Shown piece by piece: positions 1-8,205 of a stretch of DNA of 32,000 nucleotides. A program made the translations under genes and the position numbers. Every line of letters starts with the position of its first letter. The first letter of the stretch is position 1. This stretch comes from Candidatus Paracaedimonas acanthamoebae (GTDB taxonomy: Bacteria; Pseudomonadota; Alphaproteobacteria; Caedimonadales; Caedimonadaceae). The stretch is from positions 1,260,001 through 1,292,000 of the forward strand of contig CP008936.1 in assembly GCA_000743035.1 (NCBI GenBank), in the 5' to 3' direction. The notes beneath the pieces are model-generated. The model was not told the origin of the DNA. It made no database searches and was given only the letters and a program-made list of their open reading frames with translations.

Positions 1-303
1 TGCTAAACGCGCAGAGGTCGTTCCTTCATTGCAAACAGCCGCGCGAATACCTGAATGTCGATTGGCTGCGATACTCATGCCAATCCCCGTCCCACAAATA
101 AGGACACCTGCCTGTACTTCTTCGTTAAGAAGTGACGTAACAACCTGCTGTGCATAATCAGGATAATCACTTGATTCTTCAGTAAAAGTTCCAAGATCAA
201 ATACGGCGATATTCAAACTCTCAAGCGTTTTAATTAACGCTTTTTTGAGAGGGAACCCTGCATGATCTGAAGCAATTGCAATTTTTTTAAAAACAGGCGT
301 CAC
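1..303 (-). CDS. rpiB: ribose-5-phosphate isomerase B (RpiB/LacAB family), N-terminal part only; the 3' end runs off the window
   Basis: Not in the ORF track because it is truncated by the window edge. My reverse-complement translation from GTG at 303 gives MTPVFKKIAIASDHAGFPLKKALIKTLESLNIAVFDLGTFTEESSDYPDYAQQVVTSLLNEEVQAGVLICGTGIGMSIAANRHSGIRAAVCNEGTTSARLA. SDHAGF and CGTGIGMSIAANR are RpiB hallmarks. A GGGGAG Shine-Dalgarno (SD) sequence lies just upstream. Confidence 0.8.
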   Translation of the reverse strand, partial: MTPVFKKIAIASDHAGFPLKKALIKTLESLNIAVFDLGTFTEESSDYPDYAQQVVTSLLNEEVQAGVLICGTGIGMSIAANRHSGIRAAVCNEGTTSARLA

Positions 304-313
304 TCAGCTCCCC

Positions 314-667
314 TTATTCTACTCTCACGGTTTTTTGTCGTTTCCATTCTTTCTCAGCGGCTGTTAAAATTGCTTTTTCAATCGCTTGAGGTGTGCACTT
401 TTCTTTACAATCTATCCCTTGCGCAAAAATCCCTGTTGAAGATTCACATTTCTTTTGACAGGCAATGACATCTGCCTCAGTAATCTTTAAGGAAGTAGGT
501 AAAACAACATGATCCCCTTTGGTTTCTTTTATAATTTTTTCAATTTCTTGAGTTGCAGAATAAACCTGAACATGTGTGAGGGGTTCTTTAAGAGAATCTA
601 GAGGTGATCCTCCAAAAACTGGCATTCCAAATGATAACAAACAAATACTAAAAATAAACTTCATCAC
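314..667 (-). CDS. hypothetical small secreted protein (117 aa, 4 Cys)
   Basis: From the ORF track. The hydrophobic N-terminus MMKFIFSICLLSFGMPVFG looks like a signal peptide. The stop lies 10 nt upstream of the rpiB start on the same strand. No family recognised. Confidence 0.5.
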   Translation of the reverse strand: MMKFIFSICLLSFGMPVFGGSPLDSLKEPLTHVQVYSATQEIEKIIKETKGDHVVLPTSLKITEADVIACQKKCESSTGIFAQGIDCKEKCTPQAIEKAILTAAEKEWKRQKTVRVE

Positions 668-743
668 CCCTCCTTTAAAATCCTATTTTAGTGTAATCTT
701 TCTTCTGTTAAAGAGTATACTATATTTTAGAGTTTTTCCTATC

Positions 744-1082
744 ATGATGATTATTAAAATTTTAACAGCTCTCAAAGGACGCTTTATAGGCAAGGATGAA
801 TATGGAAATCAATACTTTGAAGAACGATTTCTTTTCATCAAACCTTTACGACGCCCTCGCCGTTGGGTTCTTTATTCTGGTGAAGTAGAAGCTTCAAAAG
901 TCCCTGCCGAATGGTATGGTTGGCTCCATTATACCTTAGAAGCCCCTTTACAAAAGCTACCTTACCCATGGCTTCACCCTCACCAAGCCAACAAGACTGG
1001 TACGGATGACGCTTATCATCCCCTGAAAAGAAGAACAAAAAATAAGCTCGACAAGGGATATGAGCCTTGGCAACCTTTATAA
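744..1082 (+). CDS. NADH:ubiquinone oxidoreductase subunit NDUFA12-like protein
   Basis: Track ORF 576..1082, trimmed to the ATG at 744 (MMIIKILTALKGRFIGKDEYGNQYFE...RRPRRWVLYSGEVEASKVPAEWYGWLHYT). The G-x-D-x-x-G-N-x-Y-x-E, RRWV-x-Y and S-x-h-P-x-E-W-x-x-WLH pattern is the NDUFA12 family signature found in alphaproteobacteria and mitochondria. Confidence 0.75.
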   Translation: MMIIKILTALKGRFIGKDEYGNQYFEERFLFIKPLRRPRRWVLYSGEVEASKVPAEWYGWLHYTLEAPLQKLPYPWLHPHQANKTGTDDAYHPLKRRTKNKLDKGYEPWQPL

Positions 1083-1312
1083 TTTCTTTTATATTTTTAT
1101 TATTAATTTAGCCTAAGGATAAGAAGGGGTTCCTAATTGGAAAAAATTGTTCCATTTATAAAAACTTTAGTAAAGATTAATAAGAAAATCCTTTTCAAAC
1201 TTAATAGAGGATTACACGTTTTGGGGTATTCTCGTGAGGATTCAAATCCTCATAATTTTTGTTTGATAGAAGACATGCGAAAATTATAGATTGACTTTAC
1301 AGGAGTATAAAT

Positions 1313-2659
1313 ATGTTAAATAAGATGCTTAAAATTATGGCGTGTTGTGTTTTTGCTTGTTCATTGTCGCATGAAGGAAAAGCAAGCCTGGTTGAAAACG
1401 AAGAGATTTTGAGTGATGTTGAGTCACCTCGTCCTACCTCCGCCCCTCTATCAGATATCGAGCTCGCTCAGTCCTCTTCAGACCAAGCATCTCCCTCCTC
1501 TACCGCTCCAACAGATACAAGCATAACCACAGAAGAGCCAACAAGCACTGCTCTTCCCAAAGCAGGAAAAAGACGCACTGTCTTACAACGTAACTCTACA
1601 AGTAGCTCGAAATCTAAAGGTAGCGAGCTAAAGCAAAAAGAGGAAGAGAAAAAAATAGAGGAAGTGAAGCCTGTCGCAAATCTGTCCGCTGATATGACAG
1701 TGGAATCCTCTTCTCCTCAGGCAAACATGTTCGCAGCTTGGGCAAGCTATTTATTACCAACAATTAAACCAGTAAAGTCTCCAACCTTATTTGCGCCAGA
1801 TGAATTTCCTGCTGTTTATATTCTTCTTGCCATGCGCGCCGACGAAATAAAAGGACCAAATGATACTCATTCTATGATTTATATTCCACCTGTGGATATG
1901 TTTATCGGATTTAGAGGCATGTTATATGGCAAAGAAAATGACTTGAAAAAAGCCCTAAAATTTGATGACTTTATAAAAATGCAGAATTTAGAAAATGCCC
2001 TTCGCTTACTTTGCATCACAACTGAAGAAGATTTAGAAAAAATTTTGAATCAAAAAGACATGGAAATGGCAGAAGAGTTACTCAAAGAGACACAGAAAGA
2101 GCTATCGCTTCAAACGCACCATCTTAAAGTAAAACGCTCAGATACTGATAAAAGGCCTGATCAAAGTACTTTAGCCCGCCTTCAAAAAGAGAAGACATTA
2201 AAGCATACAGAATCAAACCTGGCTTCTTATATGCTCAATTATACTGATGGAAAGCTCTTTATACCAGAACAAAAAACAGAGGCAACTTCATCTAAATCAA
2301 AAAAAGAAAAAAAGAAGAAAGAGTCTATAGAAGAGGAAGAACCTAAAGGAATCCAATTTTTAGTGTCTGTCACAAGGAAGATAAAAGATAAAGAAAAGGA
2401 TTCTTCTTCCACCTCAAAGGCATCTACTTCTAAAAGCAAAAAATCGGGTTCAACCACACCAAGGAAACGTGCAAAAAGTAAAGGTGCTACCGCTAACGCA
2501 GCATCCTCTTCTGCCACCTTCCCTTCGCAGGTTGTAGAAGATTCACAACCAACGACGATCCCTTTATCTGAAGCTGATCAAAAAAGATTTGAATATGAAT
2601 TAGGTAGAGATGAAAGAGTAACAGAACCAAGTTTAATGCCTATGAAAAAAAGAGAATAA
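1313..2659 (+). CDS. hypothetical secreted protein with long Ser/Thr/Lys/Glu-rich disordered regions (448 aa)
   Basis: From the ORF track. An AGGAG SD lies 8 nt before the ATG. The N-terminus is signal-like (MLKIMACCVFACSLSHEGKA). Low-complexity S/T/P and K/E tracts flank a central non-repetitive region. No family recognised. Confidence 0.6.
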   Translation: MLNKMLKIMACCVFACSLSHEGKASLVENEEILSDVESPRPTSAPLSDIELAQSSSDQASPSSTAPTDTSITTEEPTSTALPKAGKRRTVLQRNSTSSSKSKGSELKQKEEEKKIEEVKPVANLSADMTVESSSPQANMFAAWASYLLPTIKPVKSPTLFAPDEFPAVYILLAMRADEIKGPNDTHSMIYIPPVDMFIGFRGMLYGKENDLKKALKFDDFIKMQNLENALRLLCITTEEDLEKILNQKDMEMAEELLKETQKELSLQTHHLKVKRSDTDKRPDQSTLARLQKEKTLKHTESNLASYMLNYTDGKLFIPEQKTEATSSKSKKEKKKKESIEEEEPKGIQFLVSVTRKIKDKEKDSSSTSKASTSKSKKSGSTTPRKRAKSKGATANAASSSATFPSQVVEDSQPTTIPLSEADQKRFEYELGRDERVTEPSLMPMKKRE

Positions 2660-2708
2660 TCTATATTAATATGGATATTCAATAAATATTAAGGATAGAT
2701 AATTAGAC

Positions 2709-3191
2709 ATGCGAAATAATTTAATTGAAACTGTTATGGGTGGTGTTGTCCTCTTAATTGCTATTTTTTTCCTTACTTTTGCCTATATGAGTAGCGGATA
2801 TAAAAATAGTGAAGGAATCCCTTATTGGGCTCAATTTGATCGCATTGATGGCCTTTTTGTAGGCAGCGATGTTCGCATAAGCGGCGTTAAGGTAGGAACT
2901 GTGAAAAAAGTTGAAATTAATCCACAGACCTACCTTGCCGTTGTCTACTTTACTTCAGCTTCTGACGTAGCACTTCCTAAGGATTCTTCCGCAGAAATTT
3001 TAAGTGATGGTCTTATGGGAAATAAATATCTTGCTTTAATTCCTGGGGGCGCTGATGAAAACCTTTCTTCAGGTGCAGAAATTAAACATACTCAATCAGC
3101 CGTTAGTTTAGAGGGGATGATTGGACAGCTTATTTTCAGCGCTAAAGATGCGAAAAAAGGAGAAACCGCTCCTACAGCAGAGAAAAAATAG
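2709..3191 (+). CDS. mlaD: outer-membrane lipid asymmetry maintenance protein MlaD (MCE domain)
   Basis: 160 aa with an N-terminal TM helix (VMGGVVLLIAIFFLTF). The MCE-domain core GLFVGSDVRISGVKVGTVKKVEINPQTYLAVV...LMGNKYLALIPG is typical of MlaD. Confidence 0.8.
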   Translation: MRNNLIETVMGGVVLLIAIFFLTFAYMSSGYKNSEGIPYWAQFDRIDGLFVGSDVRISGVKVGTVKKVEINPQTYLAVVYFTSASDVALPKDSSAEILSDGLMGNKYLALIPGGADENLSSGAEIKHTQSAVSLEGMIGQLIFSAKDAKKGETAPTAEKK

Positions 3192-3748
3192 TGAAAATAT
3201 TAGCTTTCTGCCTTATTGGAAGTGCTCTTGCAAACAGAGGGTATGCGACAGAAATTACGCCTCCTTCCCAAGAGAACACAATACCTAAAACCCAAGAGCA
3301 AGAAGTCTATGTTACAGACAAAATCCATCTTCAAGCTCTCGACAAAGTTACAGGGCGTGTTATTACCATTGCAGCTGAAATGAATAAGCCCATTGAGTTT
3401 GGCACTTTACGTATCATCCCTCACCTTTGCCAAAAGGCGGCCCCTGAAGATCCGCCGGAATCAACGGCATTTTTAGAAATATTTGAAATAAAACCCAACA
3501 ACCAAGAAAACCTTGTTTTTCAAGGATGGATGTTTGCTTCACACCCTTCTATTTCTGCTTTAGAACACCCTGTTTATGATGTGTGGGTGAAAGAGTGTAA
3601 TGGTTCTATCATCCAATCTAAAAAACTCTCTTCCCCTTCAGTTACTGAAAATAAACCTATTTTAAGTGATGAAATAAAAGCATTTTATCAAGGGCTAGGC
3701 GAGCCCCCAGAAGAAAATACAGCTTCTGACGAACAAAATGATAGTTAA
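3191..3748 (+). CDS. DUF2155 domain-containing periplasmic protein
   Basis: The GTG start overlaps the mlaD stop by 1 nt. It has a signal peptide. The LQALDKVTGRV...FGTLRIIPHLCQKAAPEDPPESTAFLEI pattern matches my memory of DUF2155, which commonly follows mlaD in alphaproteobacteria. Confidence 0.65.
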   Translation: MKILAFCLIGSALANRGYATEITPPSQENTIPKTQEQEVYVTDKIHLQALDKVTGRVITIAAEMNKPIEFGTLRIIPHLCQKAAPEDPPESTAFLEIFEIKPNNQENLVFQGWMFASHPSISALEHPVYDVWVKECNGSIIQSKKLSSPSVTENKPILSDEIKAFYQGLGEPPEENTASDEQNDS

Positions 3749-4395
3749 GTCTTACTTTTAACTAAATTTTTTTCTTTATATTCGCATATATCAACAACAG
3801 GGCAGAGATAACATTTTGGCTTACGTGCTTGACATATATAGCGACCATGCAGAATAAGCCAATGATGTGCATGCTGAAGATATTTAGAAGGAATTTTTTC
3901 CATCAATGCTTTTTCAGCCTCTAAAGGTGTTTTGGCCGTACAAATTCCAAGACGATTGGTTACACGCAATATATGCGTATCAACAGCTATAACAGGTTTA
4001 CCAAAAACAGTATTCAAAATAACATTTGCTGTCTTACGACCAACACCCGGCAATTGTTCTAAAGCCGCGCGGTTCTGAGGAACCTGTCCTTGGTGTTCTT
4101 GAATTAAAATTTCACTGAGACGGATAATATTTTTTGCTTTAGTATTATAAAACCCTATTGTTTGAATCGCCTGCTTTAATTTTTCTTCTCCAAACTCAAC
4201 CATTTGTTGCGGAGTAGATACCTTCTCAAATAAAGTACGTGTCGCTTTATTAACGCCTTTATCTGTAGATTGGGCTGATAAAACGACTGCGACCAACAGA
4301 GTATAAGGATTTTTATATTCAAGCTCTGTTGTAGGTTCAGGATTAAGAACAGATAATTTCTTGAAAATTTCTTCGATAGCTGAAATGCTGAGCAT
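3745..4395 (-). CDS. nth: endonuclease III (DNA-(apurinic/apyrimidinic site) lyase)
   Basis: Track ORF 3745..4446, trimmed to the ATG at 4395, which has an AAGGAG SD. HhH-GPD motif LPGVGRKTANVILN...VDTH. C-terminal 4Fe-4S ligand pattern C-x6-C-x2-C-x5-C (CQARKPKCYLCPVVDIC). Confidence 0.9.
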   Translation of the reverse strand: MLSISAIEEIFKKLSVLNPEPTTELEYKNPYTLLVAVVLSAQSTDKGVNKATRTLFEKVSTPQQMVEFGEEKLKQAIQTIGFYNTKAKNIIRLSEILIQEHQGQVPQNRAALEQLPGVGRKTANVILNTVFGKPVIAVDTHILRVTNRLGICTAKTPLEAEKALMEKIPSKYLQHAHHWLILHGRYICQARKPKCYLCPVVDICEYKEKNLVKSKT

Positions 4396-4475
4396 TATAA
4401 GCTCCTTTTGAATGTGACTAGACGAGATCGTATGTCTGAGATACAACTCTCTTTAGAATTAGTATAGAGGTAAAA

Positions 4476-5258
4476 ATGCAAAAATTATTCTTATCAACAG
4501 CTTTCATCTTAGCTTTTTCCTATCAGTTGAAAGCAGAAGAACTTATCGACGCCGACGTTCTAGATCAAGAAATTGTTCAAGAAGATGTTCCTCCTGTTCT
4601 TCCCAACGATGCCTATGGAACGACTGAATCACGTCTCATACAATTAGAAACACAAGTTCAAAAATTGACCGATAAAGTTGAAGTTCTTGAACATCGTTTA
4701 AACTTAAAAAACGTGCCCGCAATTTCTTCTCTTACATCCCTGCCAGAGAAAAAAACGCAAGCGAATCTTGAAGAAGATTTAACGCCGACAACTTCAGATG
4801 CAACAACACTTAGAACAGATGATGCTCAAATACTTTACGCAAAAGCACAGGAGTTTTTAACACAAGGCGAATATAACGCTGCTGAAAATTCTTTAAAAGA
4901 GCTTATTAAAAATTACCCAAAAGACCCTTTAGTAATTAATGCTAAATATTGGCTTGGTGAAACATACTATGTCCAAGGAGATTATCGCCGGGCATCGGTT
5001 TCTTTTGGAGAAGCTTACAAATCTTATAAATTAATAGAAAAATCAACGGATCCTAAAGATAAAGAAGCAAAAAAGTTAAGCTTTGCAAAAGCCCCTGAAG
5101 CTCTTATTAAACTTGTCTTCTCTCTTAAAGGGTTAGGAAAAACAGAAGCCGCATGTGCCACCCTTGAACAACTTCGAGAAGAGTTTCCCAATCAGGCTCA
5201 AAATGTTAAAAAAATGGCTGAAAAAGCCCGACAAAGCTTAACTTGCCCAAAACAATAA
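4476..5258 (+). CDS. cpoB: Tol-Pal system protein CpoB/YbgF (TPR protein)
   Basis: Signal peptide, a coiled-coil (LIQLETQVQKLTDKVEVLEHRL), then a TPR region with YPKDPLVINAKYWLGETYYVQGDYRRA, the characteristic YbgF motif. A GAGG SD lies 5 nt before the ATG. Confidence 0.8.
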   Translation: MQKLFLSTAFILAFSYQLKAEELIDADVLDQEIVQEDVPPVLPNDAYGTTESRLIQLETQVQKLTDKVEVLEHRLNLKNVPAISSLTSLPEKKTQANLEEDLTPTTSDATTLRTDDAQILYAKAQEFLTQGEYNAAENSLKELIKNYPKDPLVINAKYWLGETYYVQGDYRRASVSFGEAYKSYKLIEKSTDPKDKEAKKLSFAKAPEALIKLVFSLKGLGKTEAACATLEQLREEFPNQAQNVKKMAEKARQSLTCPKQ

Positions 5259-5510
5259 AAATGATATCAAGGCCTTAACAAGAGTAAATTTCGTGTTAGC
5301 CCTTGGCTATATTTTATTGCAAGCCAGCTTTTTTCTTCCCCTATAACATCTCCTTTAGGATCTAAGGCAAAGCCTTTGAATATATTAATAAATAAAAGAC
5401 TTAAACTTAGTAAGCCAACAACGTTAAATGCATTTTCCTCTTGCAAGCTATTAACCAATCATAATTTTGCCCCAATTAGGCACTTTATTGTTAAATTATT
5501 AGCTTTTCAG

Positions 5511-5530
5511 TTCGTATTCATGAATACGAA
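5511..5530. promoter_or_regulatory. perfect 20-bp palindrome TTCGTATTCA|TGAATACGAA upstream of ctrA (candidate operator)
   Basis: Read directly from the sequence. It lies about 100 nt upstream of the ctrA ATG and 5 nt from the CtrA-box-like site. Confidence 0.4.
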
Positions 5531-5535
5531 TGAAA

Positions 5536-5550
5536 TTAATACATTGTTAA
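5536..5550 (+). promoter_or_regulatory. CtrA-box-like site TTAA-N7-TTAA (TTAATACATTGTTAA)
   Basis: Exact match to the alphaproteobacterial CtrA consensus TTAA-N7-TTAA, 83 nt upstream of the ctrA start. The motif is not rare in AT-rich DNA, so its position is the main argument. Confidence 0.4.
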
Positions 5551-5632
5551 CCTTCGTAAATTAAACTTAACAATCTTAAGGAAATATGTTCAAATAATAG
5601 TGTAAAAATAGAATAAATTTAGGGGAGGAAAA

Positions 5633-6391
5633 ATGCGTGTATTAATAATTGAAGATGATGCTGCCACATCTAAAACCATTCAAATTGCTTTGGAAGCGCA
5701 AGGATTTGTTTGTAATTCTACAGATATTGGTGAAGATGGTTTAGAAATCGCGAGGCATTATGAATATGATCTTATTCTCCTCGATTTAATGCTTCCTGAT
5801 ATTGATGGGTATGAAATATTACGTCGCCTTCGATCTGTCCAAGTTTCAACACCTGTTTTAATTCTCTCAGGTCTTTCTCAGATTGATGATAAAATTAAAG
5901 GATTAGGTTTCGGTGCCGATGATTATCTGACGAAACCATTTAACAAAGATGAACTCATTGCTCGCGTCCGCGCCATTATCCGACGCTCAAAAGGTCATCC
6001 TAATTCGATTATTCAGATTGGCCAACTTAAAATTGATTTAAATGCAAAAACTGTAGAAGCTAAAGGAAAACCTCTTAAACTCACACGTCGAGAATATTCT
6101 ATTCTAGAACTCCTTGCCATTCGTAAAGGAGCGACTCTTTCAAAAGAAATTTTCTTAAATCATCTTTATGGTGGAATGGAAGAGCCAGAGTTTAAGATCA
6201 TTGATGTTTTTGTATGCAAACTTCGCAAGAAACTTGCTGATGCTTTAGACGATGAAAACTATATTCAAACTGTTTGGGGCCGTGGTTATATGCTCAGAGA
6301 GCCAACACACGAAGACAAGCTCTCACCAACAAATCAACCTGTAAAAGCAGAAGATTCTTTTAATCTTAAAAAAGCTTTACCTGCATCGTAA
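5633..6391 (+). CDS. ctrA: cell-cycle response regulator CtrA (OmpR family)
   Basis: [25 protein letters not shown]...[23 protein letters not shown]...[29 protein letters not shown]...[49 protein letters not shown]...[12 protein letters not shown] is near-collinear with Caulobacter CtrA as I remember it. Strong GGGGAGG SD. Confidence 0.9.
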   Translation: MRVLIIEDDAATSKTIQIALEAQGFVCNSTDIGEDGLEIARHYEYDLILLDLMLPDIDGYEILRRLRSVQVSTPVLILSGLSQIDDKIKGLGFGADDYLTKPFNKDELIARVRAIIRRSKGHPNSIIQIGQLKIDLNAKTVEAKGKPLKLTRREYSILELLAIRKGATLSKEIFLNHLYGGMEEPEFKIIDVFVCKLRKKLADALDDENYIQTVWGRGYMLREPTHEDKLSPTNQPVKAEDSFNLKKALPAS

Positions 6392-6406
6392 CTTTATAAA
6401 AAGCAC

Positions 6407-6439
6407 AATATCCAATAAAGATTTCTCTTATTGGATATT
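6407..6439 (+). terminator. 12-bp perfect stem hairpin downstream of ctrA (AATATCCAATAA / TTATTGGATATT)
   Basis: Inverted repeat read directly, 16 nt after the ctrA stop. No clear U-tract follows, so a terminator function is uncertain. Confidence 0.3.
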
Positions 6440-6614
6440 ATGTTCTCAAATTTTTCTCTTAAAAACAATTGCTTTATTTTAACATAAAGTCTAAATAAAA
6501 GAGATGCTTTGCGTTTTTTGCATAGGCATATGCAGAATTTTACGTTTATTATTATGTTCTTTTCAGATATGCAAAGCAAACCTAGTAAGTTTATCAATGT
6601 TATAGGAAAGTAAA

Positions 6615-8141
6615 ATGGCAACCAATAAAGAAGGTACACAACCAGCAGAGTTTAGTCCTGTGCGTGCTGCACTATGGCCTATCTATGCACACGAACTTAA
6701 AAAATTCTTGCCCATGGGCATGATTATGTTCTTTATTCTTTTTAATTATACTATTTTAAGAGATGTTAAAGACGTCCTTATTATGACAGCTCCTAACTCA
6801 GGCGCTGGAGTACTTAGCTTCTTAAAAGGCTGGGGTGTTATGCCATCCGCCATTTTGTTTGTTTTGCTTTATACAAAATTGTCTAATATTGTTAATCGTG
6901 AACGACTTTTTTATGGAATTGTCGTTGTGTTTATCGCTTTTTTTGGATTGTTTGCTTTTTACCTTTATCCAAATCGTGAACTTATTCACCCAAGCCTTGA
7001 AACAATTCAAAATCTTCAAGCAAATTATCCCAACCTTAAATGGATTTTCCCTATTTATGGTGTATGGACATACTCCTTGTTCTACGTCCTTGCTGAGCTT
7101 TGGGGGTCTGTCATGATTTCGCTTCTGTTCTGGCAATTTGCTAACGATATTACGCGAACTGAAGAAGCAAAGCGCTTTTATGCAATGTTCGGTTTAATTG
7201 CAAACGTTGCTCTCATCTTTTCAGGAACAACTGTTGAATACTTCTCAGAAATTAAAGATAAACTCCCTCCTGAAATTGATGCTTGGGGATATTCTTTGAA
7301 TTACATGATGGGCGCTGTTGTCCTTTGCGGTGTTGCAGCGATTGCGCTTTATTGGTGGGTTACAGAGTATGTTCTTACAGATCCTCGTTTCTACGATGCA
7401 TCTGCACCAAAAAATAAAAAAGAGAAGAAGGACAAGCCAAAATTAAGTGTTGGCGAGAGCTTTAAGTTGATCTTTAGTTCTCCTTACATTGGTTACATTG
7501 CAATTCTCGTATTAGCCTATGGTGTATCTATCAACCTTATTGAAGTTGTATGGAAAGACCAATTGAAGCAAGCTTTCCCAAATCCTAATGATTATGGTGC
7601 TTTCATGGGTAAATTCTCTCGTGCAACAGGTATCGTAACCATGCTTCTGATCTGGTTCACAAAAGGTATCGTACGTAAGTTTGGTTGGTTCACGGGTGCG
7701 ATCGTAACACCTGCTGTTTTGATTATTACAGGCGCGCTATTCTTTGCATTCGTGCTTTTCAAAGACGAGCTCACACCGCTTGTGGCAGGTTTTGGTCTCA
7801 CTGCAACCTTAATGGCAACCTATATTGGAGCGATTCAAAATATCCTCAGTAAAGGTACAAAGTACTCAAACTTTGACCCCACAAAAGAGATGGCTTACAT
7901 CCCTCTTGATCAAGAGCTCAAGGTTAAGGGTAAGGCTGCCGTTGATGTTATTGGTGGACGTTTAGGAAAAGCTGGTGGTGGTTATGTTCAACAGGGTCTC
8001 CTGATTGCAACAGCCGGCGATATTATGACAATTGCCCCCTACCTTGCTGGTGTTGTTGGTGTCGTTGTTGGTGCTTGGGTTATTGCTGTGAAGGGTCTTT
8101 CAAAGAAATATAATGCTCTTATCAAGAAAACAGCAGCTTAA
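6615..8141 (+). CDS. tlc: ADP/ATP translocase (nucleotide transport protein, Tlc/NTT family)
   Basis: 508 aa polytopic membrane protein. The N-terminus ...ELKKFLPMGMIMFFILFNYTILRDVKDVLIMTA... and ...YSLFYVLAELWGSVMISLLFWQFANDIT...AKRFYAMFGL... are the conserved Tlc/NTT blocks known from Rickettsia, Chlamydia and plastids. Confidence 0.9.
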   Translation: MATNKEGTQPAEFSPVRAALWPIYAHELKKFLPMGMIMFFILFNYTILRDVKDVLIMTAPNSGAGVLSFLKGWGVMPSAILFVLLYTKLSNIVNRERLFYGIVVVFIAFFGLFAFYLYPNRELIHPSLETIQNLQANYPNLKWIFPIYGVWTYSLFYVLAELWGSVMISLLFWQFANDITRTEEAKRFYAMFGLIANVALIFSGTTVEYFSEIKDKLPPEIDAWGYSLNYMMGAVVLCGVAAIALYWWVTEYVLTDPRFYDASAPKNKKEKKDKPKLSVGESFKLIFSSPYIGYIAILVLAYGVSINLIEVVWKDQLKQAFPNPNDYGAFMGKFSRATGIVTMLLIWFTKGIVRKFGWFTGAIVTPAVLIITGALFFAFVLFKDELTPLVAGFGLTATLMATYIGAIQNILSKGTKYSNFDPTKEMAYIPLDQELKVKGKAAVDVIGGRLGKAGGGYVQQGLLIATAGDIMTIAPYLAGVVGVVVGAWVIAVKGLSKKYNALIKKTAA

Positions 8142-8168
8142 GCTAACTTGATATATTACTACTTTAAG

Positions 8169-8198
8169 TAAGGGAGTTTTGTAACTCCCTTATTTTTT
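8169..8198 (+). terminator. rho-independent terminator after tlc
   Basis: TAAGGGAGTT-TTGT-AACTCCCTTA has a 10-bp perfect stem and is followed by TTTTTT. Confidence 0.7.
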
Positions 8199-8205
8199 AC
8201 TTAAA

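Noticed and set aside
576-743. An N-terminal 56-aa extension of the NDUFA12-like ORF in the track.
   Set aside because: It overlaps the 5' end of the minus-strand gene 314..667 head-on. The conserved NDUFA12 domain begins right after the ATG at 744, and the extension has no family-like sequence.
3745-3748. Convergent genes sharing a palindromic TTAA as overlapping stop codons (DUF2155/nth). Another convergent pair has a gap of only 4 nt (19345..19348, hypothetical/ruvB).
   Set aside because: This is ordinary genome compaction in a reduced genome. It is noted but not considered a functional signal.
4396-4446. Longer N-terminal extensions offered by the ORF track for nth (to 4446), ETF-QO (to 17449), petA (to 30070), the TraB-like gene (to 23344), ruvA (to 20971), the DUF1207-like gene (from 30283) and usg (to 27006).
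   Set aside because: In each case an internal ATG preceded by a good SD coincides with the start of the conserved domain or the signal peptide. The extensions carry no conserved sequence.
5267-5564. Two short ORFs (5267..5458 on the minus strand, 5376..5564 on the plus strand) in the long ctrA upstream region.
   Set aside because: They overlap each other on opposite strands. Neither has an SD, the translations are AT-rich low-information sequence, and the region is better explained as regulatory DNA.
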